Assembly (NCBI GenBank): GCA_026129095.1
Contig: JAHCIT010000005.1
Location: forward strand, 124,001 to 188,000
Length of the DNA: 64,000 nucleotides
Direction of reading: 5' to 3'
Source of the DNA: Deltaproteobacteria bacterium
GTDB lineage: Bacteria > JAGRBM01 > JAHCIT01
Below the pieces are notes generated by a model, which was not told the origin of the DNA, did not search any database, and was given only the letters and a program-made list of their open reading frames with translations. The translations under genes were made by a program, and so were the position numbers. Shown here piece after piece: positions 38,687 to 48,205 of the stretch (positions are counted from its first letter, which is position 1; every line of letters starts with the position of its first letter).

Positions 38687-40024
38687 GTGGAAACGCGCAG
38701 GCTTGGAAATCCCGGCCGGGGAAAACTTTTATCCATAATTTCAGCAGGTTGTCTGGGGGCAGTCGCCCTCCCGGCGGTGCTGTGGGCTGCCGAGGAAGCC
38801 CCCGCCATCGACAAGGCGGATACCGCCTGGATGCTCATTTCTTCAGCACTGGTGCTCTTTATGACGCCAGGGCTGGCCTTCTTTTACGGCGGGATGGTCC
38901 GCAAGAAGAACATTCTGTCGACGCTGATGAAGAGCTTTGTCGCCATGGGCGCACTGGCTGTCGTCTGGGCACTGGTGGGCTTTTCGCTCGCCTTCGGACC
39001 CGGAAACGCCTTCATCGGTGATCTTTCCTACCTGGGCCTGAACGGGGTGGGTGGAGCCCCCGGCCCGAATGCCGACAACATCCCGTTCCTCGTCTTCATG
39101 GTGTTCCAGGGGATGTTCTTCGTCATCACCCCGGCGCTCTTTTCGGGCTCGATCGTGGAGCGGGTACGGTTTTCGGCCTATCTGGTCATCATCGTCCTGT
39201 GGGCGCTCATCGTCTATGCCCCGCTCTGCCACATGGTCTGGGCACCGGGCGGATGGCTGCTGGAAGACGGCGCGATGGACTTTGCCGGTGGCACCGTCGT
39301 GCACATCAGTGCCGCCACGGCCGCGCTGGTACTGACGCTGGTTCTGGGCAGCCGCCGGGAGTATCCCAAGGAACCGATCATTCCTCACAACCTGCCCCTG
39401 TCGGTGCTGGGCACCGGCATGCTGTGGTTCGGATGGTTCGGCTTCAATGCCGGCAGCGCACTTGCCGCCAACGAAATCGCCGCCAATGCGTTTGTCACCA
39501 CCAACCTGGGTGCGGCCGCCGCCTCCCTCGGGTGGACCTTCTGGGAATGGTTTCACCGGGGCAAGCCGACGACCCTGGGGTTCATATCGGGTGCCGTGGC
39601 CGGACTGGTCATCATCACCCCCGCCTGCGGCTTTGTCTCCCCGATGGGCGCCATCGTCATGGGGTTCTTCGGTGCCATTGTTTGCTACCAGGCCGTCGTG
39701 CTGCGTCAGAAACTCAAACTGGACGATTCCCTCGATGTTCTCGGGGTGCATGGTGCCGGTGGCGCGATTGGTGCATTACTGACCGGGGTGTTCGCGACGA
39801 CAGCCGTGAACTCCGGCGGTCAGGACGGCCTGCTGTATGGCGGAGGGCTGGGCCCCCTGCTGAAGCAGCTGGTTGCCGTGGGCTTCACGATCGTATTCGT
39901 GGCCGCGCTGACCTTCGTGATCGCCAAGGCCGTGGACGCCCTGATCGGGCTCCGGGTCGACGACGAGTCGGAGCTGGAGGGCCTGGACCTCAGCCAGCAC
40001 GACGAGGTGGGCTACAACTTCTGA
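38687..40024 (+). CDS. amtB: Ammonium transporter
   Basis: MTPGLAFFYGG, DFAGGTVVH, WFGWFGFNAGS, DDSLDVLGVHG. Confidence 0.97.
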   Translation: METRRLGNPGRGKLLSIISAGCLGAVALPAVLWAAEEAPAIDKADTAWMLISSALVLFMTPGLAFFYGGMVRKKNILSTLMKSFVAMGALAVVWALVGFSLAFGPGNAFIGDLSYLGLNGVGGAPGPNADNIPFLVFMVFQGMFFVITPALFSGSIVERVRFSAYLVIIVLWALIVYAPLCHMVWAPGGWLLEDGAMDFAGGTVVHISAATAALVLTLVLGSRREYPKEPIIPHNLPLSVLGTGMLWFGWFGFNAGSALAANEIAANAFVTTNLGAAAASLGWTFWEWFHRGKPTTLGFISGAVAGLVIITPACGFVSPMGAIVMGFFGAIVCYQAVVLRQKLKLDDSLDVLGVHGAGGAIGALLTGVFATTAVNSGGQDGLLYGGGLGPLLKQLVAVGFTIVFVAALTFVIAKAVDALIGLRVDDESELEGLDLSQHDEVGYNF

Positions 40025-40059
40025 CCGGACCGGTGGAGTCCACCGGCCGGCCGGGCTAG

Positions 40060-40455
<396 letters not shown>

Positions 40456-40499
40456 AGGCAGCAAACGGGAAGGCGGTCACAAACGGCCGCCCCGGCGTG

Positions 40500-40543
40500 A
40501 AACCCCGAGCCTTCCGGAAGTGAAGGCGCGGGGTTTTGTGTTT
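40500..40543 (+). terminator. Rho-independent terminator after glnK
   Basis: Stem aaaccccgagccttc/gaaggcgcggggttt followed by a T-rich tail. Confidence 0.7.
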
Positions 40544-40561
40544 GAAACCTTCTGCCCCGGC

Positions 40562-42355
40562 CTATCCGCGGGCCCGACGCTGGTAAAAGAGATCCAGCCG
40601 GCGCTCCAGTTCGTGGGCAGTGCCCGATTGCCAGCGGACGTAGTCATCAAATCCGCTTTCAAGGGCGGCGCGGTCTTCCTCGTCGCCCAGGGTCAGCGCC
40701 ACCACCGGCACATGGGAGGTCCGGGGCGAAGCCCGGAGACTCCGGATCAGTTTCTGGGCAGCCGGGCTCTGCGGATCGGTCAGTTCCATCACCACGACAT
40801 CGGGATCGAGAACCGCCATCCAGACCCCGGGGCCTTCGGCCGGGTCGATCTCCGCCGCGTCGATAAGGCCCGTGTGGTGCCCGGCCTCACGGAGCGTCTG
40901 CTCCAGCGCCGACGCACGGCCGGGATTTTCGGCCAGCACGGCGGCGCGGGGACGTTCCACCGGGAGCGAGACCGTCACCCGGCAGCCGTCCTTCAGGTTC
41001 TCGATCCGGAGCGAGCCGCCATGCCGCTGGAGCCAGTAACTGGCCAGTGTGAGTCCCTGTGTCCGCACCGGTGGTGTTCCGTAGGCCGGCAGTTCATCCG
41101 CTCCCGCGCCGAACCGGCCGACCAGTTCCGGCGGGAACCCGGGCCCCGTGTGCATCACCTCGATTTCGTGGACCGGCTGCCCGCGGAACAGCTGGCGCGT
41201 CCAGACGGCCACTTCGCCGCCGGGGGGCGTGTGACCGAGCGCGCTTCCTACAAGCTGGGCGATCACCTGGCGGAGCCGGTGGAAGTCGTAACGGCCCACC
41301 AGCATTGTCTCGCCGTCGAACCGCATCCGGACACGCCGGACACGGGCCACCGGGCGGAATGAATCGACGATCTCGCGCACGAGCGATCCGACCACCACCG
41401 GCGAGCGGTGCAGGGGTTCCGCCGCGCCGTCGAGAGCCGCCACGTCGGCAAGCCGGTCCACCTCATCCAGCGCCCCCATCAGCGACCGTTCCGAAAGCTG
41501 GAGTGACGAATCGGCCCACCGGAAGGCGTCATTTCCTGCACCGGTTTCGGCTTCAGACGGCTGCGGTTCCAGCCCCCGCAGGATATCGCGTGCCGACTTC
41601 GACAGATGCCATGCGCTCGTAAGCTGTCCCCGGATCATGACCGAGCAGCTGTGGGCGAGCCGGTTCTTGAGAGCGACGAGATCGGTCAGCTTCGCGTTCG
41701 AATCGGCCAGCGCCACTGACTGCACCTGGAGGGCCTCCACCAGCGTTCCGGCGAGCATCACGCCGAGGCCGGTCCACACGGCCAGAATGAAAAGACTCGG
41801 CAGGTACACCCCCGGCGAGCGGTAGAAATGGTCCATCGGGACCGACGAGAGCGGCGCAACCGGAAGCCGGCCGGTAACCTCAAGGAATCCCGTCACGAAA
41901 ACGGCCAGAACCGTTATCGCGCTCCAGAGCGCGGCACGCCTCAGGCCGAACAACGCCGCCGCCACGGTTGCGAGCACCGGCACCGCGACAAGACCCACCG
42001 TGCTCATGAGCCCCAGAAGATGCGACGTCCAGACAGTAATAAGGCACACCCACCCCATGAGGAGATGCGGAACCGGCGTCCCCAGGTGCACCGGACGGTC
42101 ACGGAGCGACCAGGCGGCGAAAAGGATCGCGAGATTCCCCGCAAAGGAGATCATCAGCAGCTTCTGTATTTCCCAAACGGCGGACGGCTCGAACACGTTG
42201 GCCGCGCCCGGTGCCACGGGTGAAACCACGCCGATGAAAAGCCACAGGCCGGAAATGATGACCGCCAGCACCGCGACGACGAGCGATTTGTCCGCATCGC
42301 TCCGGGTAAGAAACCGGATCAGGAAGGTGGAGAGCCGGGCCAGTTCGATCTTCAT
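40562..42355 (-). CDS. Membrane hybrid sensor kinase-like protein with degenerate catalytic motifs
   Basis: About 6 TM helices, DFHRLRQVIAQL...TPPGGEV HATPase-like region, C-terminal receiver-like HVPVVALT...GFDDYV; GGAGG before ATG 42355. Confidence 0.75.
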   Translation of the reverse strand: MKIELARLSTFLIRFLTRSDADKSLVVAVLAVIISGLWLFIGVVSPVAPGAANVFEPSAVWEIQKLLMISFAGNLAILFAAWSLRDRPVHLGTPVPHLLMGWVCLITVWTSHLLGLMSTVGLVAVPVLATVAAALFGLRRAALWSAITVLAVFVTGFLEVTGRLPVAPLSSVPMDHFYRSPGVYLPSLFILAVWTGLGVMLAGTLVEALQVQSVALADSNAKLTDLVALKNRLAHSCSVMIRGQLTSAWHLSKSARDILRGLEPQPSEAETGAGNDAFRWADSSLQLSERSLMGALDEVDRLADVAALDGAAEPLHRSPVVVGSLVREIVDSFRPVARVRRVRMRFDGETMLVGRYDFHRLRQVIAQLVGSALGHTPPGGEVAVWTRQLFRGQPVHEIEVMHTGPGFPPELVGRFGAGADELPAYGTPPVRTQGLTLASYWLQRHGGSLRIENLKDGCRVTVSLPVERPRAAVLAENPGRASALEQTLREAGHHTGLIDAAEIDPAEGPGVWMAVLDPDVVVMELTDPQSPAAQKLIRSLRASPRTSHVPVVALTLGDEEDRAALESGFDDYVRWQSGTAHELERRLDLFYQRRARG

Positions 42356-42586
42356 GGGTGAGCCTCCCGCCGGTTCCGGCCAGCGGCTTCGGGTAGCCGC
42401 CGCTGAATGCACTTCATTTGGTTTACATTTTATCATATGAACGGCTGGCCGCACGCAAATTCATCGTAAATAAATCCAGAAAATTCAGCGTGTTAGACGC
42501 ACCGGGCCAGCGCAGAGCGTCATGCGATCCATCAAGACAGCAGTCCGTCACAGAAAATCCCGCGTGAAACCGGTATGCTCGGCACC

Positions 42587-43573
42587 ATGAGCCGCCAAAT
42601 GCTTCCACTGGCCGGGGTTGCCGCCGCGCTGCTGCTGGCAGCGTTGTGGGCCCTGCTGCCCCGGGCCGGAAACCGGCAGGAAGGGACGCCCGGCGGCTCC
42701 GGGGCCGGGCATACTCCGCAGCCGGCGACCCCGGAACTGCACCGGACTGCAGCCACAACGCCAGGGCTTCTGCCGGGTACGGATTCAGCCGGGGAACCGG
42801 CGCACACGGCATCGGTCCTGCCCGCCCCAGTCATCCCGGCAGTTCCGGCCGCGGAAGAAGCCGCTCCGTCCCTGGAGCCGCAGCCGAAACGGAAAGGTCC
42901 GAAGGGGCCGAAGGCCGGCAAAAAAGAAGACCCGATGAACATGATCGTGATCCCGCCTCCGCCAGTAACCGGCAGCGCGCCGCCCGTTCACGGCACCCGC
43001 GAGCCCGACCACATCCAGGGTTCGGAAAGTTCCGATACGATCCACGGCGGCACAGGTGATGATCTGATCGAGGGTGGCCCCGGCGACGACTGGATCGACG
43101 GTGAAATCGGCGACGACATCATCTACGGCGGTCCCGGCAACGACACGCTGCAAGGCGGCGATGGCGACAACTACCTGGACGGCGGCCCCGGCGACGACTG
43201 GCTTTATGCCGAGCACGGCATCGACACCCTGCGCGGCGGCCCCGGCGCCGACATGCTCCGGGGCGGCGGCGACGCCGACGTATTTCTCTACGAGGCTGGC
43301 GATGCCGAGGGCGGCATGGACCGGATCGAGGACTTCAATCCGGCCGAGGGCGACGTGCTGGTCCTGACCGGCCTGCTCGCCTCGCTCGGATACAGGGGAG
43401 ATGGCAGCGCGGCATCGCTCGCGCCGTTTCTCAGAATGAACGGGACCGTGCTGGAGATTTCCTCGAACGGCCGGGAGTTCCAGCCCCTCGTTGACCTGAA
43501 GCAGGCCTATACGCTTGAAGCACTTGTCACTGGCGGCAACCTGCGCGCCACCGCACCAGGCTCCCGCCCTTAA
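42587..43573 (+). CDS. Protein with hemolysin-type (RTX) Ca-binding repeats
   Basis: Multiple GGxGxDx(L/I)x nonapeptides, DRIEDFNPAEGDVL tail, N-terminal hydrophobic helix. Confidence 0.85.
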   Translation: MSRQMLPLAGVAAALLLAALWALLPRAGNRQEGTPGGSGAGHTPQPATPELHRTAATTPGLLPGTDSAGEPAHTASVLPAPVIPAVPAAEEAAPSLEPQPKRKGPKGPKAGKKEDPMNMIVIPPPPVTGSAPPVHGTREPDHIQGSESSDTIHGGTGDDLIEGGPGDDWIDGEIGDDIIYGGPGNDTLQGGDGDNYLDGGPGDDWLYAEHGIDTLRGGPGADMLRGGGDADVFLYEAGDAEGGMDRIEDFNPAEGDVLVLTGLLASLGYRGDGSAASLAPFLRMNGTVLEISSNGREFQPLVDLKQAYTLEALVTGGNLRATAPGSRP

Positions 43574-44172
43574 GGACCGTCCCGCTTCTCCCGCGCCACC
43601 AGGTACAGCTCGGCCGACTCCTGCCGGGTCGCCTTCGGCCGCGTCATCCTCACGTCGCGGAAGTGCCGCTTGGCCTCGGACACCAGTTCATGCGGTGTCG
43701 CACCAGGGAACACCTTGGCGCAGAAATGGCCGCCGGGCCTGAGAAACCTGAGCCCCGCCTGCATCAGGTCGAGCGTAAGCTGCTGGGATCTGGCGTAGTC
43801 GGCATGGTGGACGCCGGTGAGGTTCGGGGCCGCATCCGAAAACACGGCATCCACCGGACGCCCGGACAGCAACTCCGATACTTTTGCCGCGATCTCCGGC
43901 GAGGTGGCGTCGCCTTCCAGAATACGGATGTTCGGGGCCGCCACGCCCGGCATCGGCTTCAGGTCCACGGCAATCACCAGTCCCTGACGGCCCACCGTGC
44001 GCGAGAGGGTTTCGGTCCACCCGCCCGGGAACGCGCCGAAATCAAGCACGGCATCACCCGGCCGTGCGAGCCGGAACCGGTCGAGCAGTTCGTCCAGCTT
44101 GAAGGCCGCCCGCGAGCGGCGTCCTTCGGCCTTGGCCTTGCGGTAAAAGTGGTCCTTGCGCTGGTAGGCCAC
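43570..44172 (-). CDS. rlmE: 23S rRNA U2552 2'-O-methyltransferase
   Basis: RSRAAFKL, DFGAFPGGW, SDAAPN, KVF, SAELY. Confidence 0.92.
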   Translation of the reverse strand: MAYQRKDHFYRKAKAEGRRSRAAFKLDELLDRFRLARPGDAVLDFGAFPGGWTETLSRTVGRQGLVIAVDLKPMPGVAAPNIRILEGDATSPEIAAKVSELLSGRPVDAVFSDAAPNLTGVHHADYARSQQLTLDLMQAGLRFLRPGGHFCAKVFPGATPHELVSEAKRHFRDVRMTRPKATRQESAELYLVAREKRDGP

Positions 44173-44206
44173 GGAACGGGGCTCCAGCCCCCTTGTGGAA
44201 TGCCGG

Positions 44207-45028
44207 TTACTGGCCGTCGAACAGGGAAAAATCGCTGCCCCGCCCGGCGGCGCGATCACGGGCGTCGGCCTTCTGGTCTGCCGACAGATCCGTCGGGATC
44301 TCGATCGTCACGTCCTTGGGCACCCGGTCCGGATCCGGAATCCGGTCCTTGTTCATGTCGTAAATCGCCGGCCACAGGCGCGAATCGCCGAGCTGGTCAC
44401 GGGCGATCTTGCCAAGCGTGTCATACCGCTGGGTCGTGTATGACCGCGTGCTGCCACGGTAGCTTTCCGAATAGGCCGCCTCGCGGCGGGCGGGCGGCTC
44501 TGGAGCACGGCGGGCCGAGTATTCCTCCACCGGCTTCGGGGCGGCCGCCACGGGAGCCGGCGGAGGCGGTGGAAGTTCCTCTTCGGGCTCCTGCGCCTCC
44601 AAGGCCGCCATCTCGGCCTTCAATGCTTCCTCGCGGATGCGGGCTTCTTCCTCGGCGCGGCGGCGGGCTTCTTCTTCCTCGGCCTTGCGGCGAATCGCCT
44701 CTTCCTCGGCACGACGGGCGGCGTTTTCCTCGAAAATCTTCTTGTTCCGCTGGGCGGTTTCCACCGCCTGCGCGGCGGCGGTGTTCGCCTGGAGCGCCCG
44801 CTGGCGGGCGATATCGTACTTGCCGGCCTGGCTCGCCTCGCGGGCATCCTTCAGCAGCCGCTCGGCGTTGGCCAGCTCCGGGCGGGCGAACTTGTGCGCA
44901 TCGGCCTGCTGGGCCTCGCGGATCACATTCTCGGCCTGCTGCATCTCCTGTTCGGGCGGCTTGCCACACCCTGAGAGGGCGAGCGGAATCACGGCGGCGA
45001 GCACTAGGCCAAGGCGGTTGCGTATCAT
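44207..45028 (-). CDS. LysM-domain lipoprotein with DUF4398-like helical region
   Basis: Lipobox LSGC, charged helical linker, DTLGKIA...WPAIYDMN...IEIP LysM domain. Confidence 0.85.
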   Translation of the reverse strand: MIRNRLGLVLAAVIPLALSGCGKPPEQEMQQAENVIREAQQADAHKFARPELANAERLLKDAREASQAGKYDIARQRALQANTAAAQAVETAQRNKKIFEENAARRAEEEAIRRKAEEEEARRRAEEEARIREEALKAEMAALEAQEPEEELPPPPPAPVAAAPKPVEEYSARRAPEPPARREAAYSESYRGSTRSYTTQRYDTLGKIARDQLGDSRLWPAIYDMNKDRIPDPDRVPKDVTIEIPTDLSADQKADARDRAAGRGSDFSLFDGQ

Positions 45029-45197
45029 GCGTTTCGGTCCAGTCCTTCGGAAGCGGGGTACTTCCGGCTGCGGTCCCCCTTTGGAAAACGGGAAGCCGCG
45101 CCGGGGAACCCCGGAATTAAATAAGAAACCCGTGGGATTCTAGCAACTTAAGCGGGCAAGGCAAAACACCCGGAAAATACGGCCTAAACCCGCCGCT

Positions 45198-46169
45198 TTA
45201 CCGCACCAGCACAAAGTCGATCCGGTTGTTGACCTGATGCGAGGCCGGGGTGTCCGGCGGGACGAGCGGCACCTCCCGGTCCCGCACCTTGACGGTGATC
45301 CGGTCGGCCCCGATACCCCATTCGGACACGTACCGGCGCAACGCGCCGCCGCGGCCCACGGCCAGAGCTTCGGGGCCCAGCGCCTCCGGCGGCTTCTGGC
45401 CCTTTCCCGCCGGCAGCGGCGGTTCCGGGAACACATGGACCTCGATCAGGAGCCCGATGTTCTTGAACTCGCGCATCTTGAGGATGATCGGGTTCAGGCT
45501 GTCCATGGCCGTGGTGTTTTCGAGCTGGTTCGGATCGCCCGGCCGGAACCGGACTCCCTGCGGAATCCCCCACGCCGTGACCAGCCCCACCTCCGGCCCC
45601 GAGGCGATCAGCATGTCCCATGATCCGGTGAACCTTTCGATCATGTCGTTATAGGCGGACTGCCAGATACCCCGCAGGTGCTTTTCAAGCGGCCCCTCCA
45701 CCGGGCGTGAAACACGGGTGCGAAGGTCGAACTCGGCGAGCTTGCGGCGGCGCGAATCGTATACCCTGACCGGCGCCTGCAAGAGCAGCGTGGGCGGTTC
45801 GTTCTCGGTCTTGGGCGGTGGCACCCGGAGCGTCACGGCCCCGGCGAGAGTTTCGGGATAGGCGGATGTCTCGGGGTCGGACTCCAGGGGAACGATCCGG
45901 AATCCCCGCCGCCGGAGTTCCCGGACCAGCGCGCCTTTCAGGTCTTCGCCTGCGTTGATCCGGTAGCTGCTCTCCTCGAAACGCCAGTAGGCGGTGCGTA
46001 TCTCCGAGGGAGTGTCAACATAAAGCCCCAGCGGCGAACCACCCGGCGGGACTTCCGGCTGCGCCGCCGCCCTGAGGATCACCTCCGGCCGGCCGGAAGA
46101 AGTGGGCGTGCAGCCCGCCGCGAGAAAAACCACACAGCAAATCAGCACGCGGACCGGATAGCGGTTCAT
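45198..46169 (-). CDS. Lipoprotein with divergent OmpA-like C-terminal domain
   Basis: Lipobox AAGC; GIGADRIT...NNRIDFVL. Confidence 0.65.
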   Translation of the reverse strand: MNRYPVRVLICCVVFLAAGCTPTSSGRPEVILRAAAQPEVPPGGSPLGLYVDTPSEIRTAYWRFEESSYRINAGEDLKGALVRELRRRGFRIVPLESDPETSAYPETLAGAVTLRVPPPKTENEPPTLLLQAPVRVYDSRRRKLAEFDLRTRVSRPVEGPLEKHLRGIWQSAYNDMIERFTGSWDMLIASGPEVGLVTAWGIPQGVRFRPGDPNQLENTTAMDSLNPIILKMREFKNIGLLIEVHVFPEPPLPAGKGQKPPEALGPEALAVGRGGALRRYVSEWGIGADRITVKVRDREVPLVPPDTPASHQVNNRIDFVLVR

Positions 46170-46181
46170 GGCTCTCTCGTA

Positions 46182-47144
46182 TCACGATCCGGCGGCGAGC
46201 TTCAACAGCACGCCGTCCAGAAGGCCGCCGTCAGAGGCGACGATCCGGTCCGCGCCGAACCGGCGCATCACCTCCAGCACGATGTAGCTCCCGGCGATGA
46301 TGAGATCCTCGCGCCCCTTGAGAAGCCCCGGCAGTTCCACGCGCCGGTGGACCGGAAGGTGGCGGAGCTGCTCCAGCAGTTCATGGGCGCGGCCGAAGGA
46401 GATGGGATGGTTGTTGATCCGGTCCGGGTCGAAGCTCCGCTGCTCAAGGTCCAGCGCCGCCAGCGAGGTCACGGTCCCCGCCGTGCCACAGATGCCCGGC
46501 ACGGTCCGGTCCGGCAGGTGCTGCCGGAAACGCGAGAGTGGTTCCAGGTCGGCGGCCACCCGCGCCGCGAGGGCCCGGCACTCGGCATCGGTGGGCGGAT
46601 CGGATTTCAGGAACGTCTCGGTCAGGACGACGACACCGGTATCCAGGCTCATGTGGTCGGCGATCTCGCCATCACGCACCAGGATGAACTCGGTGCTGCC
46701 GCCGCCCACATCGAACACCACCTGCCAGCCGGGCGGGTGGTGGAGACGGAGCAGGACGCCGGCCGTCGCCAGTTGCGCCTCGGTGTCGCCGTCGATCAGC
46801 TCGATCCCGACACCCGCCTCCCGGCGGAACCGCTCCAGCACCTCGTCGCGGTTTGCGGCCCGCCGGAACACGCTCGTCCCGACGGCGCGGTACCTGTCAA
46901 CGCCGAGCTGTTCGAGCTGGCCGCGAAATCCTCGCACCGCTTCCAGCGCCCGGCGGAGCGGCTCCTCGCCAATGCGACCCGTATGGATGATCCCCTCGCC
47001 AAGCCGCGTGAACACGCGGTCGAACCTGAGGGGCTTCATCGTGCCGCCGGGAACGGTCTCGACCGCCTTCATGCGGAAGGCGTTTGTGCCCAGATCGAGG
47101 GCGCCCAGCCTGCGAACCCGGCCGGAAGAAACATTACCGGTCAT
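46182..47144 (-). CDS. ppx: Ppx/GppA exopolyphosphatase
   Basis: DLGTN, TRLGEG, DVGGGSTE, GTAGT, GLLDG. Confidence 0.9.
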   Translation of the reverse strand: MTGNVSSGRVRRLGALDLGTNAFRMKAVETVPGGTMKPLRFDRVFTRLGEGIIHTGRIGEEPLRRALEAVRGFRGQLEQLGVDRYRAVGTSVFRRAANRDEVLERFRREAGVGIELIDGDTEAQLATAGVLLRLHHPPGWQVVFDVGGGSTEFILVRDGEIADHMSLDTGVVVLTETFLKSDPPTDAECRALAARVAADLEPLSRFRQHLPDRTVPGICGTAGTVTSLAALDLEQRSFDPDRINNHPISFGRAHELLEQLRHLPVHRRVELPGLLKGREDLIIAGSYIVLEVMRRFGADRIVASDGGLLDGVLLKLAAGS

Positions 47145-47148
47145 GGTT

Positions 47149-47622
47149 TCAGGCCTTGGATTCCAGGGTACGGCCGAAGCCGTCCATCAGGATCTGCTCA
47201 AGCCCCCGGATCTTCTCGGCGCAGGAGCGGCCCATCTCCCATGCAAACCTGAACGCGGCGACCGCGTTCCTGTCGGCGAACTTGAGGAAATCCTTGCGGC
47301 GGAGCATGAGGAGCTGGCAGTCCTCTTTTGTCGTGGCCGTCACCTGCCGGATGCCCGACTCGAACAGCGAGAACTCGCCCAGGAAGTCGCCCTCCTCGGC
47401 CTCATAAAGCTCGACCGGACCGCCGTCCGGGCCCTTGCGGGTAATCCCCACCTTGCCTTCCATGATGAAGAAGACCGTCTCGCCCTTCTGGTCCTCAAGG
47501 AACAGGTGAGTGCCCGACGGCACGGCCTTTTCGATCAGGATGCCGGCCAGCGCCTTGACGATATCCTCGTCCAGTTCGCAAAAGACGTTCAGCGTGAGCA
47601 AGCTGTCGGGGTTAACCGGCAC
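47149..47622 (-). CDS. Cyclic nucleotide-binding domain protein
   Basis: FFIMEGKV...GDFLGEFSLF...RQVTA. Confidence 0.85.
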   Translation of the reverse strand: MPVNPDSLLTLNVFCELDEDIVKALAGILIEKAVPSGTHLFLEDQKGETVFFIMEGKVGITRKGPDGGPVELYEAEEGDFLGEFSLFESGIRQVTATTKEDCQLLMLRRKDFLKFADRNAVAAFRFAWEMGRSCAEKIRGLEQILMDGFGRTLESKA

Positions 47623-48190
47623 GGAACTGCTTTCCTTCCCCGGCCGCCTCGCGGAGGGTCCGGCCGCTCACTCCGGTACCGGATGCCAGATATTCCATCG
47701 CGGTCCGGTGGTAGTGGGGCGGCGTCATTATTATCCGCTGGCGCTCCCGGTCTTCAAGGGGCCGTTTCACGCGGGCAGGCGAACCCATGACGAGCGACCC
47801 GGCCGGAATGACCGTCCCGGGCGTCACGAGCGACCCGGCCCCAATCAGGCAGTCGTCGCCGACCACCACTCCGTCCAGCAGCACCGCTCCCATGCCGACC
47901 AGGACGCGGTTGCCGATCCGGACTCCATGAAGCACCACATGATGCCCCACCGTGCAGTCCTCGCCAATGGTGGTCACGAAACCCTGCCCGCTGTTGGAGT
48001 GGATCATGGACAGGTCCTGGATGTTCGTGCGCCGCCCGATCCGGATCGGCTCCACGTCGCCCCTCAGCACGCAGTTGAACCAGACCGAGCTCTCCTCGGC
48101 CAGTTCCACGTCGCCGATCACCTGGGCGGAATCCTCCACCCAGGCATTGTCGGCCAGCTTCGGCATCCGTTCGCGCCAGGGTCGCAGCAC
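47612..48190 (-). CDS. Gamma carbonic anhydrase family protein
   Basis: Hexapeptide repeats; LRGD, TNIQD..MIH, VGH..LHG metal ligands. Confidence 0.92.
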   Translation of the reverse strand: MLRPWRERMPKLADNAWVEDSAQVIGDVELAEESSVWFNCVLRGDVEPIRIGRRTNIQDLSMIHSNSGQGFVTTIGEDCTVGHHVVLHGVRIGNRVLVGMGAVLLDGVVVGDDCLIGAGSLVTPGTVIPAGSLVMGSPARVKRPLEDRERQRIIMTPPHYHRTAMEYLASGTGVSGRTLREAAGEGKQFRAG

Positions 48191-48205
48191 AGTCCGGTTT
48201 CCTTC

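Noticed and set aside
43010-43280. Tandem ~27-bp periodic sequence as a possible CRISPR or DNA repeat
   Set aside because: It encodes RTX nonapeptides with synonymous variation; there is no repeat-spacer structure and no cas genes.
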